A DNA stretch of 64,000 nt from Hormiphora californensis (lineage: Eukaryota > Animalia > Ctenophora): the NCBI GenBank assembly GCA_020137815.1, contig CM035357.1:5208001-5272000 (forward strand). Direction: 5' to 3'. This document shows, in pieces, positions 1-12,923 of the stretch. The translations under genes and the position numbers were made by a program. Under the pieces are notes generated by a model that was given only the letters and a program-made list of their open reading frames with translations, was not told where the DNA came from and ran no database searches. Every line of letters starts with the position of its first letter. Positions within the stretch are counted from its first letter, which is position 1.

Positions 1-511
1 TGTAAAATGGAAACACGGTGATCTAAGAGATCGATCTAAAAATAATCTTACTCAGAGAGGTACACAAAACTAAGAGAGCAAAGCTAATACAATGATATAT
101 TACCATGAGAAATCCTCTTCAATACATATTCGATTTTCATGTGAAATTTCATTTTTGGACAATCTTTCGTTCATACATCTCTTCCCAAAAAAACTATGTC
201 TGCATGTGTCTACAATCTCTCTCTCTCTCTCTCTCCAGTACCCTATGATCTCTCTTCATCTACGTATTTTACAACTAACTACAACGTACTAGAAACTGTG
301 GTGAATATGGTGAGACATGTGTGGGAGCTAGATGTGAACTAGATGTGTGAGGTTTTATCTTGCCTTGTTTTGAACAAAACGACTTTTATCATGGAGAGAT
401 GGGAGCAGTAATATATAATAGAAAGCATAGATCATGGAGACGCAAACCTGTCAGGACAATGCTCTGACAGTTCAAAACTAGTATTGTTTTGGTGAGAGAA
501 ACTCCACACAA

Positions 512-552
<41 letters not shown>

Positions 553-708
553 AAACCGATCTCTCTCTCTTCTCCAAAGCAGGAGTTGTTATGTTCAATC
601 CCCCCTCCTTTAGGGGCCGAACAAGGCAAAACAGGTGATGGGCTGTAAAAGTAGCATTTAATCCTAGGGCCAGCCGCGGACCGTGATGATGAAAAAGGCT
701 CCAGTGAT

Positions 709-3700
709 TTAGGCTGATGGCATGGGGATGGCAGAGTCGCCGTTGTTTGTAGGTTGTTCTGTCACTGTTTCTCCCATTGTCCTCTCTTCTGTCTCTTCTA
801 GATCTTCCGGCCTGTAAAGAAGTTGGGTCACACTCAGGGGAGAGAATTTGTACATTATATGCATACTACTTTAAACAAATTAATTTGAGGTGTACGTATG
901 TAAAGAGCGCCGTACACCACCCACAGTAAGCTCTCTCAAGAAGAAGATCATCAACTACGTGAGTTAGTCACTCTGAAGTTCGGACCACGCCACCCTCAGC
1001 CACATCATCATCATGGGCCCTAACACCGTCAGTCCGGCAGGACGTGTTTTAGGTGGATTGTTAGCTGTGGCAGAGAAGCTGAAAGACAAGAAGCAAGCTG
1101 ATGCAGTGAAGTCAGTGATAACGCTTTTCAACCAGGGAAGACTGCGGCAGAGAATGCCAACAAAGTGACTACAGTAGGGAAACCAAACAAACGATGAATC
1201 ATTCTTGGAATAGACGCATTTCTCAAAGGGCAACAAAGGTTTTCAAAAAAGGATAAACTGCGAAGAGGAAGAAGGGAACAAAAATATTGAAGGAGCATCA
1301 AATGCCTAAATGGGGGGAAAAAAAAATTCACCTCCAGCGGGGGAGGAGAGAGCTACAAATTTTTTCCTATGCAGCCAGCCTCTATACTGTGAAAAGTTGT
1401 GGGGGGATGGGGTCTAGGGATAGGATGGAGGGCTTTCCTGACCCGACGCTGGTAGCACGCTTTTAAACCCAAGGGGTGGAGCATGAGACCACTTCATACG
1501 AACACCCCAGCCCGGGTAAAAGGAATCCAAAATCCCGGGGGGGTTTCCCCCCGAAGCCCCCAAGGCCATCGACGGAAATGAGGGATACCATGACAATTCC
1601 CATGCAATTTCCGGGGCCGCGGATCTGGTGTGACCAAAGCAACTTCAGGGGGGCTGAGGAGGGGGAAAACCGCGTTAAAGACGTAAAAAGGGAAAGCAAC
1701 AAAAAAACAGGAAGAAGAGGAAGAAAAACGGAAAAGGAAAAAAAAGCAAAACATACGATGCCGGACTGATCAGAGGATTAACCCAGCGTTTGCAGGAAGT
1801 TGAACGTAGCGAAAGAGGGGGAGAAGTTTCCAAAAACCCGGTTTAAACAACATGCCCCCGTATGAAGACGGGGGGCCTGCCCCGCAGGTTTGGGGGGAAG
1901 AAGGCCAGAGGGGATACCAAACTGCCCAAAACTTTCACCCTAAAATAAAGAAGTTTTCTAGGAGGGCCCTGGAAAAGATGGATGTACCGGGGAGAAAGTG
2001 AAACAATTACCAAACGGGGTTGCCCCCTGGACTGGAAGATCACGATGTGAACCAAAACTTAAGCTTTTACACCCCCTTGGCACAGTCAGAGCTTGGAACA
2101 AAAAAAGCGGAAGGGAATGAAGAAAAGATAGCAGAGGGCACAAGGAAAAGTCCAAAAGAAGCCAGCAAAAAACGAGGCAGGGAAGGGGCCACCGATGGGA
2201 ACCCCGAGCGACAAGCAAACAGAAGCAGAAACCTTTGGGAAAGGAAAGCACTCCGAACGCGAGGAAAATCGTGAGACTCAGCTAGGGGCGTAAAAAACCC
2301 AAAGGGAACAGCAAACCCACACACCCCGGGCAGACAACGTAAACGGGGACAGGAGCAGGGGAAAGACCGAAAATATGGGACGGGGGAAGGGGGGCGGTAT
2401 AAATGACAGTACACCCTCAAGGGGGTGACGCCGAAAGAAACGACAAAAAGTTTGGGGGAAAAAGGGGGACGGGTCCCCCAAAAACGCAAATTAGGCATTT
2501 TGGGCGAGACACACCTGAAAGGAACGGCAAAATTTGGGAAAGGCCCTCACTGGGATGACCCGGAAAGAAATGGAAAAGATAGGAAATGAAAACAAAGATG
2601 GACTCCAGCATGGAGCAGAAAGAATGAAAAACAAGGGGAGCCTTTTTTAGACCCCGCCCCCATTCGGAGCGACAAATGGAAATGGAACGAGATGAGGGGG
2701 GAGCCCAGGAAGGGACCAGGAAATGGAGGACACAACTGGACGGGGACAGGGGGGTGGGGGAAAGGGGAAAACCCAGTGGGCGGATCATATTAAAATGCAG
2801 CCCCAACCCAGGGCCGGGAAAAAATTCTTGGAAAATTGGACCCTTAAAGGGGATAGTGGATCTAGTCCGTTCAGGTTCCCTTTTTTATTGCTCAAAACAA
2901 AACCGGGTTGCGGACGGGATCGAGGAAGGATCTCGTTGGGAAAAAAAAATTGTTTTAACCGCGGGGAAGGTGGAGAGGGAGGGGAGGGGTTTTTTTCACC
3001 CCCCAAAGCTTACCAGTAAAAACTTTGAACGTTAGAAACACACTGCCAACTCTGATTGCACGGCCCCAACACCTAAAGGGATATGGGGGTAGTTTACGGC
3101 CCCTTCGGCAACGGGGGGAAAACTTCAAGGCAGTCTTGGCCGGATCGAAAATACTTTCGGGGGATAGGGTTATGTGGTCTGCTTTATGGGAGACTTCAAC
3201 CCCCCATATAGAGGGGGACCCCCCTAGGACTTGGGGCCGACGGCTACCAAAACAGAGGAGGCGCTGATATTTTCCAAACGAACTCCCCCGCGTATGGGAG
3301 GGCCCAACGGGGGGAACAACTACTAGATCTGTCTTTCTAACTAAAACAGGGTGTAGCCATTACAAGCGAGGGTATGAATATGGGACCATCGGTTTTAAAA
3401 AATTTTTCGCTTAGCCCCTTTTGTAAACGTCCAAGGGGCCCACGATCGTTGGGACGGATGATTTTGGGGCGCTTGAAAAAGCAGGCGACTTGAAAAGATT
3501 TCAGCGGAAATAAAGGGAAACAGACTGGGAAAATTTTAAGAAGGGAGCAAAAAAGTTTCCAGAGGAGTTTCGACGGATTTTGCAAAGTGCGCCAATCCCG
3601 TCCAAAGAAAACTGGGGAAAAAGGGGAGCATAGACGAAACTACTGTCGCGAAAGAAAAGAGCAGTACGGAAAATTGACAAAAGCCCTGGAAAAAGGGGAT

Positions 3701-6700
3701 GCCCCATAAAACAATTCAAGACTGGAAACTATTTTAGGACCTAATTGATTAGGGGGGATGATAGAGAGTGGCGCAGAAGGAAAAGAGGAGCGTGGAGAAT
3801 AACAAGAGAAAAAAAGGCCCTTCTATAGCTATCAAAAGTTCGCTGGAGACGACAGCGGAATCGCATATAAATGAAAAAGAGGGAAACTTTGCTCAAACCA
3901 AAGGGAAAACAAACACCCCGGCTGGAAATTTCGAATGGTTTTTATGTCCCAGAGAGGACGCTAAGTAGACATAAAAAGTAACTGCGCAGGGAATGAAGAG
4001 CTGGTTTTACACGGCAAGTTGAGAGGCGCTTATGGAATTAAAAAGGCGGCATCGGGACCAGACGGAATTCCGGCGGACCTTCGGAGGGCTTTGGGGAAAA
4101 GCAGTGAGCACCCCTTCATTTATGTGGAAGCGTCGCTCCAAAGGTGGGGTTCCGAAACTATAAAAACTTTTAAATCGGCCTTGTAAAAAAAGGGAATGGG
4201 CGAGGCAGAACACAGCCCGTGTCATTTGACTGCATTTAGGGGAAAACCTTTGAAGGGTTGTGAGGAAAAAAACTGGTCAAGTACTTTGATCCAATGCCTC
4301 TTCCCGGAAACATCGCACGGTTTCGGAGGCGCAAAGCACACTTTCACAGCTCATCGCTTTTGAGAGGTATTTGGAAAAGGTCGGGACAAGCGGACCTGAT
4401 TTCCCTCTATCCGTATCCAAACATTCATAAGGGGGATCACGGGGAAGTGAAGAAAATACGAAAATACGGTGTAAATGAAAAAACTGGTAAAGGATTTAGT
4501 CCCTTTTTTTGAGTGGGAAAGGGGCAAAAAGAGTACGGGAATGGGGTCAACGCTAGTGGGCCCATGAAACGGTTATCCGGGGTCAATATAGGACCCCTTC
4601 CTTTATAAAACACACAGACTACATCTGTCGTTTAAAAGGGAGTTCAATAAGGGGTTTTGCTGGAACCCCCTATTGAAGAGTTAAAGGAGAAAGAAGAGGC
4701 GTAAATCAAAAAGACCTGAATTTAGTTACAGGTCGGGGAAAAACAAAAGAAAACCCCCCCAGTAAAAACGACGATGAGACATAGGGGATAAAACGAAGCA
4801 AAAAAGGGGAAACAGCCGTAGAAGGATACAGGGGTTCCCCCTCTCAAAAACGATTTTTCGTATGAGACGGAGCAGGGGGGTCGAAACAAAAAGGGCCTGA
4901 GGGATCTAGGAGTGGGGGTAACGCTGATCTGAAATGGAAAAAAGCAATTTGGGAAAAATTGCAGAAAACGGGAGGAAAAAGGGACATGGGGGTTAGCGTC
5001 TTCGAGACAAGAGAAACCCGCCGGGTTACCCTAAAAAAAAAAAAAAGGCCTGGTGCGAACCTTCTGGGGTATGCACCCACTTGGGGCCCCCCCAAAAAAC
5101 GGGGCTTCAAAAACCAGAAACGGTCCAGGAAACTTCCAAAGAGGATCGTGGTACAAGGGGCTAGACTATTTTAGCAGGTTGTCAAAACTCAACATGATTC
5201 CTCCAAAAAAGACGAACGTTAAAATTTTGTTCATATTGGAAGCTACACAAAAGCAATCGCAAAAGATCTCCAGAACCCCTTTTTAAAAAAACAAAGGTCG
5301 GACAGGATCAACATCGTACCACCAATGCCAAACAGATCGGGCAAAAACCAAACACTCTAACGAGTCCTTTGCGGTATGGACCGAAGCTGTGGAAAATATC
5401 CCAGAGAGCTCAGCCGTTTGACAATTCAGAGTTTCAAACGGGGGGTTACGAAAAACTTCAAAGGAAAAACCGGGAACCTCCTTTCAAGGTTTCGGGAGGG
5501 AAAAACAATCATGCTGGACTGGGTGAGAGATAAACCCGAAAGGTGTTCGCACAGGCGATGACCCTGTTCAGCAAGGATCTGATCTTTTCAGCTTCGAACA
5601 AACCCAAAGTACTAAAAGGGGTGACCTCTTTTTGTTGAGTGTCTGTTTCAGGGGAAAATGCGGGTGAGGTATTGTGTTCCACAGCTTTCTCTCTCCCCCC
5701 CCCTCTCTCTCCCCTCTCCCTCTCTCGCTCTTCCCCTCCCCTACCTGACATCTGTATGTCCTCCGTTCTCGGGCCTTTCCCCCAGCAGTTGCAGCAAAAG
5801 AAACAGCAACAGCAAAAGAAGCAACAACGTCAGGATAAAAATTATCGTTCCACCACCTGGAGAAAAAGGGGGGTGGTTTTTAAAATTTAATACGCCCCCA
5901 CTTAATTAATTCCGATTCAATCCACACCAAAATTCGTATCGATTTTGGTTCACCATTCAATTTCATCATCAAATTTCATCATCCCTGTCAATTTTTGAAA
6001 TCATCCTGTGGAGAAAAAGCCGTGCGCCAAATGCTGACCAAAAATACGCGCGCGGCTTCACAACTCCTGCTAGTCGCAAAAATTTCCTGCAAAATTTTCC
6101 CACTTGCGCTGTGTTTGGGTACCAAGAGCGCAAGAGGAAAGAAGTAGAGACGACAGCAGGACATTTTTTAAAAATCCAACGATTTCCGGCACAATCAATA
6201 CGTCAAGAATACTAGAGATAGTTTTTAAAGGACCGAACATCTGATTTTTTGCAGTTTTAGAGAAATGCATTTTTTCTTTAAATCTGTGACCTTTCACACC
6301 GAAAATAGTATGATACAACACAAACTGTGGCCCCGGACTAATGATTGGTTTAATTGGCCAATTAAGGTTGACCGATCTCTCACCTACACACTGTGCGGTT
6401 GTTAGATTTCCCAGTATTTTCCATTTAGGAAAGTTTAGCTCCTTACTGTATTTCAAAAATTTTAAGTTAAGACATCAATTTTACAAAATTCTTGTGATAA
6501 AATTTTTAATTTGAAAATTTGAAATTTCCCAAAATCTCTACTTTTCCGCAGAAGGGGGTTTCAACGAGTAATCCGCGTTTTTGAAAGAAAATTTCGTTAG
6601 ATTTCAAAAAATGTTTTTTTGGAATTTCAAGAAATTTCAGCTGCTTTCCGGGAAAAAAAAAGGGGGGAGATGTTCGGGGAAAGGTAAAAATTTCTTTTTT

Positions 6701-8546
6701 TTCGTACACCACATTCGTCTACGCCATGGGGAATGTGAAAAAAAAAACACAAGCGTGTCTGAACTCTGGTAGGGAAGAAGAGAGAGAGAGAGGAGAGAGA
6801 GAGAAGAAAGAGAGAGAGAGGGAGAAAAAAAGGGGAAACAAAAAAGAAAAAAGAGGGCCCCCCCCCCCCACCCCCCCGGGAAACCCCCCTTTTTTCCCGG
6901 GGCCCCGGGGCCCCCCCCCCGTTTCCCCCCCCCCCCCCCCTTTTTTTTTTTTTTTAAAAACCCCGACGGGTTTAAAAAAAAAAAACCCCCAGAAAATTTT
7001 TAAAAATTTCTCATCCTTCCTCCCCAAGGGGAAAGAGTAACACACCGTAGAAAAAGGGGGGCAAAAAAGATTGGGGGGTTTTTTTTTTCGAAAAGAGGGG
7101 AAGGAAGAAAGGAAAAAATTTTTGTTGGTTGGGGAGAAAGGGAGAAAAAAAGAAAAGAAATGGGGGGAGGGAAAGAACAAAAAAGGGACGGGGGAAAGGG
7201 AAAAAGAAAGGAAAAAAAGGGGAAAGAAAGGAAAAGGGGGGGAAAAATTAGCCCTTTCATATTTTTAAAAGAAAAAAACCGGAAGAAAAGGGGTTTTATT
7301 ATTTAAATTTTTTTCTCTTGCCCTTGGTTTTTCCCCACTTTTCCATTTTAAATCCCCCTCTTTTATTAAAAGTACCCTTTTCTTTTTCCTCCCCCCCCAA
7401 TTTTAAAGGGTTTTGGGGCCTTTAAAAAAAAAAAATCTTAAAAAAAATAATGCAAAAGGGGGAAAAATTTGAACTGGATACCATTTTCTTAAAAACGGGG
7501 GTTTAAAAATTTTTTCCGGTTTTAATTTCGCGTTTTTCCACCCAAAAAAAAGAGGAAAATAAAAATTACGAAAATTTTGTTTTACTTTTTTCCCACTCTT
7601 GATTAAATCTTTTTGTTTCTAACGGAGGGGGAAATAATAAACTCACATAAAATCTCTTAGAAAAAACGCAAATTTTGAACGGGAAAGATAAAAAGTAAAA
7701 TTTTTTAAAAATTCCTTTTTTAATGGAAATTTTATAAAAGGAAATTAAATATCACCCCCAAAAATTCAATCAATTTTTTCCAAATTTTCTCTTCCCCCAA
7801 TATTTTCGGTTATTTTCAAGTTTTTTTATACCCTTGATGTTTTTGCTTATTCCCCCGGGGAAAACCAGCGGCGGGGGAAAAGGGAGAAAGATAATTGGAT
7901 GGAAAAATTCCGATAAAGGGGAAATTTTTTTAAGAGAGGAGAACTGGCATGTATACCAAAACATTTAAACCTCGCCTTTCTCTCCCCCGAAATTCCTTTT
8001 TTCTTTTTTTTTCTCTCTTCTTTTTTCCTTTTCCCTATCCCTACCAAAAAAACCCAAATTTTTCCCCCTTTTATTTACAGGGAAACAGGCAAAAGGGGAA
8101 ATTTCTCCAAAAAAAACAGGGGAAAGGGGGCGTTCCCCTAATTATGGATAATCTGCGTCACAAAGTCCAAGAACGGGGCCTTATTTCATTTCCCTTTTTT
8201 TCCCCCCTACGCTATTTTTTCTAGGAGGGGAGGGGAAGTTTTAAAAAATAATTTCAACAACTGCAGCACCCCAATGAGACAAAAAATTTTTTATTTTTTC
8301 CTTATTGGCTTTCAATTATGTGAGGACTGAGAGGGTAGCCTCTGTGCATATTTAACAAGGCGATGGAGATAGGGAGGGAATGGTAAAGAATAGAGTGCAA
8401 ATTGAGCTTGAGGTTTTTTTGTGTGATTCCCGTTTATGAAAGATGATTTTTGCTTTTGCATCAATTCTTCGCAATATACAAAGTGTTGTTGAATTTTTGT
8501 GTACACAACCAGCCCTGTTGTATAGCAAGATAGAAAGAACACCATT

Positions 8547-8599
<53 letters not shown>

Positions 8600-10297
8600 G
8601 AGCAGAGAAGAGAGAGAGATAGAGGAGAGAGCGAAGAGAGAGAGAGAGGTGATGAGAGACAGTGAGAGATGAAGAGAGAGAGAAAGACGTTGTGTGTGTT
8701 AGAGAATGCAGACCTAGATTGAGACTAGGCACTCATCGCGTGGGGGATGGAGCGGATCGGCACGACGAAGGGACGAGCACAGTTTTCGACAACGCATGAC
8801 CGAGATCGGAAGGATAGCGTGTGTGTGCGGGAGCAGACGAGAGAGGAGATGAGTGACGAGAAGAAAGGGTGAGATGAGAGAGAGACGAGAGAGAAGAGAG
8901 GAGAGAGAGAGACGAGAGAGAGAAAGATAGAAGAAGCATAAAGCTAGGATTATCTGGTTACTCGTGATGTATAATGTGTCTGCTTTGCAGCCGGTAAGAT
9001 TGTAGGAGAAGGAGCAGAGAGAAGAAGGAAAAGAGGAGATGCTGTGAAGTCTGGGTATTGAGGCAAGAGAGAGAGTATCGTCAAGATATAAGAGTAAGAA
9101 TGCAGCAAGGAGATGAGCAGTAGATGAGAATAGTGAAAGTTAGTTAGTGAGAGAAATTAGTGCAGAGTTTGAAGCGGTCAGAGTACGTAGACAAAAGGGG
9201 AGTGGCTGCATGTCGTATTGGCAGAATGTAGTCTTATTTTGAATAAAGGTAGATTGCAATTCAATGAAGTGAATTATGAGGAATTGTATGTTTAAAAATT
9301 TATTATGTCAGCTGTATGAATAATGAGTTGCGAACAAAACGAGAGTGGTGTAAGATATGCATGAAATCAATGAAAGGAATGGGGGGATATTGGTTCACAA
9401 AATGTAGAATTATGTCATGGAATGTAATATGTGATGGGGTTGCTTACAAAAACACGGGTGACGGGTGGGGCTGGGGGCAAGAATGTAAAGAAGAGAGTTT
9501 TTAGGAAGAATGTAAAGAATTGGGAGGAATTACCTTTTCAGCTGCTTCTGGGTTGTCTGGATTTTTATCAGGATGAAATCGGAGTGCCAACTAAAACAAG
9601 AGTTTAGTGTTTACAGTTTTGTATTAAATATCACACTATTTATATTGGTAGTAGCACATCTCTTTAGTTATATCTTTACTTATATCTTTCCTTTTCTTGG
9701 GCAAATATACCTTTCGATATGCCTTTTTAATTTGTTCAGGCGTGGCATCTTTCTCGACTCCAAGAATTAAATATAAGCTTTCTCCTGCCGTACTGAAGAG
9801 AGGGAGATACTATTAATAATATGTAATAATAATAATAAATTTTGACATATTTAGGTGCCAGCAGGCACCTCCGACCCGAAGAAAATTAGGTCATCTCAGA
9901 TCCTATACCCGATTCCCATATGATTTTGTATATTACAGTCGGACCCCGATTTAGGGCCCCCCGATTTAGTGGCACCCCGATTTAGGGACAGGATTTTTTT
10001 CCCCCGATATAGGAAATTAACCTTATTTGACCCCGATTTAGTGGACACCCCGATTTAGTGGACAAGAGCCTTTCCCCCGAGGGTGTCCCTAAATCGGGGT
10101 CCGACTGTACATACATAATATCTAACAACGATTATCTAACAACCCTTCATCTTCTGAGTTATAATCGTTTTTTTTCGTCAAACGAATGGCCGAAGTAAAG
10201 TATAGATAACGTACCTATGGGCTCGTTGAGATCGGGGCCGTTTATCATCAGGGCCTCCCTGTCCTCCCTGTGGAGGTATCGTTCCGTATTCTCCCAT
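709..10297 (-). CDS. DNAJC5: Cysteine string protein (DnaJ homolog subfamily C member 5), multi-exon
   Basis: Phase-compatible GT-AG exons: 10297-10215 (MGEYGTIPP...RSQRAH), 9792-9711 (STAGESLYLILGVEKDATPEQIKKAYRK), 9590-9534 (LALRFHPDKNPDNPEAAEK, HPD motif), 5856-5745 (cysteine string CCFFCCCCFFCCNC..GK, with indels) and 811-709 (RPEDLEETEERT...MPSA*). The exon(s) for the end of the J domain should lie in garbled sequence at ~6.7-9.3 kb and were not resolved. Confidence 0.92.
865..889 (+). other. 5'-truncated ctenophore spliced-leader (SL) sequence ACTACTTTAAACAAATTAATTTGAG
   Basis: The 25 nt match the 3' part of the Pleurobrachia/Hormiphora trans-spliced leader as I recall it (...CAACACTACTTTAAACAAATTAATTTGAG). 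It lies directly upstream of the retroelement. Confidence 0.75.
890..5650 (+). mobile_element. Ty3/Gypsy-type retroelement (gag-RT-RNaseH-integrase order), garbled, antisense within the last DNAJC5 intron
   Basis: Possible gag start at ATG 1013. RT-like fragments HIKMQPQPR and SSPFRFPFLLLKTKPG..R (~2790-2920, cf. SPWASPVVLVKKKDG) and TAPTPKG (~3055). RNaseH-like PSIAIKSSLETTAESHINEKE (~3815-3880, cf. PIAFASRTLT.AE.NYS..EKE). Weak integrase-like remnants at ~4400-5100. The 3' end is approximate and no LTR pair was found. Confidence 0.65.
1150..9350. other. Low-accuracy sequence (homopolymer-inflated; similar tracts at ~16200-17300 and ~62880-64000)
   Basis: Runs of A/G/C/T are inflated, and reading frames are broken even inside the recognisable DNAJC5 exon. 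Confidence 0.8.
9936..10107. mobile_element. MITE family A (TIR CAGTCGGACCCCGATTTA, TA flanks; Tc1/mariner-pogo-like)
   Basis: Terminal inverted repeats flanked by TA, internal CCCCGATTTA subrepeats, and a near-identical copy at 49485-49655. Confidence 0.9.
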
Positions 10298-11265
10298 TAA
10301 TCCATTTCTTTCTGCTACTCTGCCGCCCTACTAAACATGTTGATAGCGTTAGGGTATAGTGACGGTTCTGGCACTAGTGGCTAGAACTAAGGACTCTCAA
10401 ACTCTTGCGTGAGTGACATTATTAATGTGTGGGCGTGTACACATGGTGTACTGCACCACACGTTAACATGTAATATGATATAGGAAAACAAAACAAATTG
10501 GCACACGAGAGGGGGGTGGGTGAGTCACCCCGGGTGACAACTTCAAAAATTAAAACCCGACTTTACTGACACGCCACCGGTTGAATTGATAGAGTTGAAT
10601 TGATAGAGAGACGCTGGGGATGTTCACTACTATACTCTGTATCATTGGAAGTTGGAACTGGTTGGAGTGAAAACTGAAATCTTGTAATATGCGGACTAAG
10701 GACAGTAGAATTCGGTTTCCTATCAAAAGATGCATTTAACAGTGGTAACTCTGCCATATAGGCCGACCGCTTAAAGCGTTGCCGAGACTCGATCTACGAC
10801 TGCTAAGACACGGTCCGCTGACATTGATTGCTCTTTTCGAGCGTCTAAGACGTATTACTAAACACTGTATGGGCGTCAAACATAGCGGAGTCGTAGTGAT
10901 AGAATGGGTGACATGCTAAGTGTTAGCGGGCAGCGGCATAACATGTCTCGTGAGCCGCGGCAGAATACTTCCTTTTTAAGATTTTAAAATTTTGACACAC
11001 GACGCGAAACTTTGATTTTTAATTTTCCCGTAAAAATGGGATTTTCAAAGTTGACTCATGGAACGCGCGCGCGGCTCCTATAAAAAATTGATTTGCGCGT
11101 ACCATAACAAGTGGCTGACAACAGTGAGTTTTCATTGCATGATTGTCAGCGCGCAGTCCAGTACATAGAAGGGACAGCTATTTTCGTATAAACCCAAGAA
11201 TAAAATGCACAGACACACAATCTCATTACTGACATGAAAACAGAATATAGACACACCGAGCAAAC

Positions 11266-12380
11266 TCAATTTAAGCGCTTCCCACCAACCCATTTCCAAC
11301 GCCCATTATCTATTCTTTCCGCCACTCCATCCTGTTCTAATTTATCCAACATCATCTCAACAATTCGAGTCGCTTGAAAGATTATCATTGGATTGGTCAG
11401 ATTGTCCTCTCTGTACGCAATCTCTCTCACATCCTCCACACTCATCTCACCCTTCCCTGACTCCAGTGCCTCTCCAACCTTCCTCTCTCTGGCTTGTCTA
11501 TGTGCGATGTACTTCGTAATTGTCTCTCTCCCAACTACAGGACCGTGCCCAGGATATACTGTCTCTGGGGACATTGATTGGAGAGCATGAAGAGAGGAGA
11601 TGTAGCGGGTGTAGTTATCGAATGTCCCCGAGCTCCCACCCAGAATTGTGTCCCCTACAAATACCGAGTCTTCCTCTAAAAGATGAAGTGATATGCTGTC
11701 GTCTGTGTGTCCTGGGTGGTGCAGGACTCGCAATGTCGTGTCTTCCCCTATCTTTAGTTCCTGGGGAGGGGGTTAGAGTGCTTAAAAGAGGGGTGATTTT
11801 GGGAGGGGGACTTGAAGACGGGACCAGGTGACCTAAAAACATGCCCCGGGATAGAAACTTGAGGACAAGAAACAGAGAGACGTCTATGTTTCTTGTCTCG
11901 AGACACGCACCTGGTTGTGATGTAAAGGTGTAACAGTATCCAAATAATCCTTATCGTTATCATGAGGTAGCTTGTAAACTGGTACCTCTCCACTTCCCTC
12001 CAACACTCCCCTACAACCCCCTATATGGTCAGCGTGCCAGTGAGTTAGAATTATTCCTTTTATGGTCATTCTCTCTTCAGCCAGGGTTTGTTTTAGTTTG
12101 GTCAGGTAGGCTGTGTTGTTGGGTTCACCTATAACAGGATAATGTTCCAGTTTAAAATCTCACTCGAACTCAAGTCAATTATTTTACTATCCATCTCTCT
12201 CTCCTTCTCTCCCATACCCCCCCCCCCCTCATGATACAACATGAAACCTGTGTCAATGAGCAGTACGTGTGGGGGTGTGCCCACTAGATACGTGTTGGTA
12301 CCCTGTAGGGTCATAGGGTTTGGATTCTGTCCAAGAACCCGTAATACCCTGGCAGACAGCCGCTGAACACTGGGTAACAT
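11266..12380 (-). CDS. LACTB2: Metallo-beta-lactamase fold endoribonuclease LACTB2, 3 exons
   Basis: Exons 12380-12248 ([40 protein letters not shown]), 12128-11911 ([10 protein letters not shown]) and 11760-11266 (HPGHTDD, GDTILG, YPGHGP). Phases are consistent. Confidence 0.93.
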
Positions 12381-12923
12381 CTTCTTCAAAAAAAAACTCT
12401 CCTAAACTTGAGGATTACATGTAATAAAGGGTGCCTGAATTGTGGGCGGAGGTAACTGAACTGTTGGGGAGGGGGTGTAACTGAACTTTTGGGGAGGAGG
12501 GGGGGGGGGGGGGGTAACAGAATCGCTGGGATTGAGACAGAAAACAATTAAAAAACCTGATTATTTAGTTGTGCGAATGACAAACTAGCAATACATATAT
12601 GTATGTACATAATAAGAAAATATAGCGAGTTATTCGTGACAAATAAAACCGGAAATGAATCGACTCTAGCGTACATACAACTGTTAAAATTGGTGGGTGT
12701 AAAGAAACAGCATAGCTCCTCTAATAATAGTACCACTTATAGTACCACTTATTGTAAAATACAGTAATAATATTAGCTCTCTCTCCCCAAATATACTTCG
12801 TCATAACCCCATAATTACATTAGTTTATTAATACTAAATCTAGCCCATGGTAATAATTATACAGTCCACTCTACAACATTGATGTTCTAATAACTCATTC
12901 TCTTTCCTCTAGATCTGCTCTGT

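Noticed and set aside
1150-5860. Frameshifts suggesting a pseudogene or programmed frameshifting
   Set aside because: The region has the signature of low-accuracy sequence, and the conserved DNAJC5 exon is garbled in the same way.
6700-9300. Low-complexity K/G/F/P-rich ORFs, and a possible garbled DNAJC5 exon near 8400-8510
   Set aside because: Homopolymer and microsatellite noise; exon boundaries cannot be supported.
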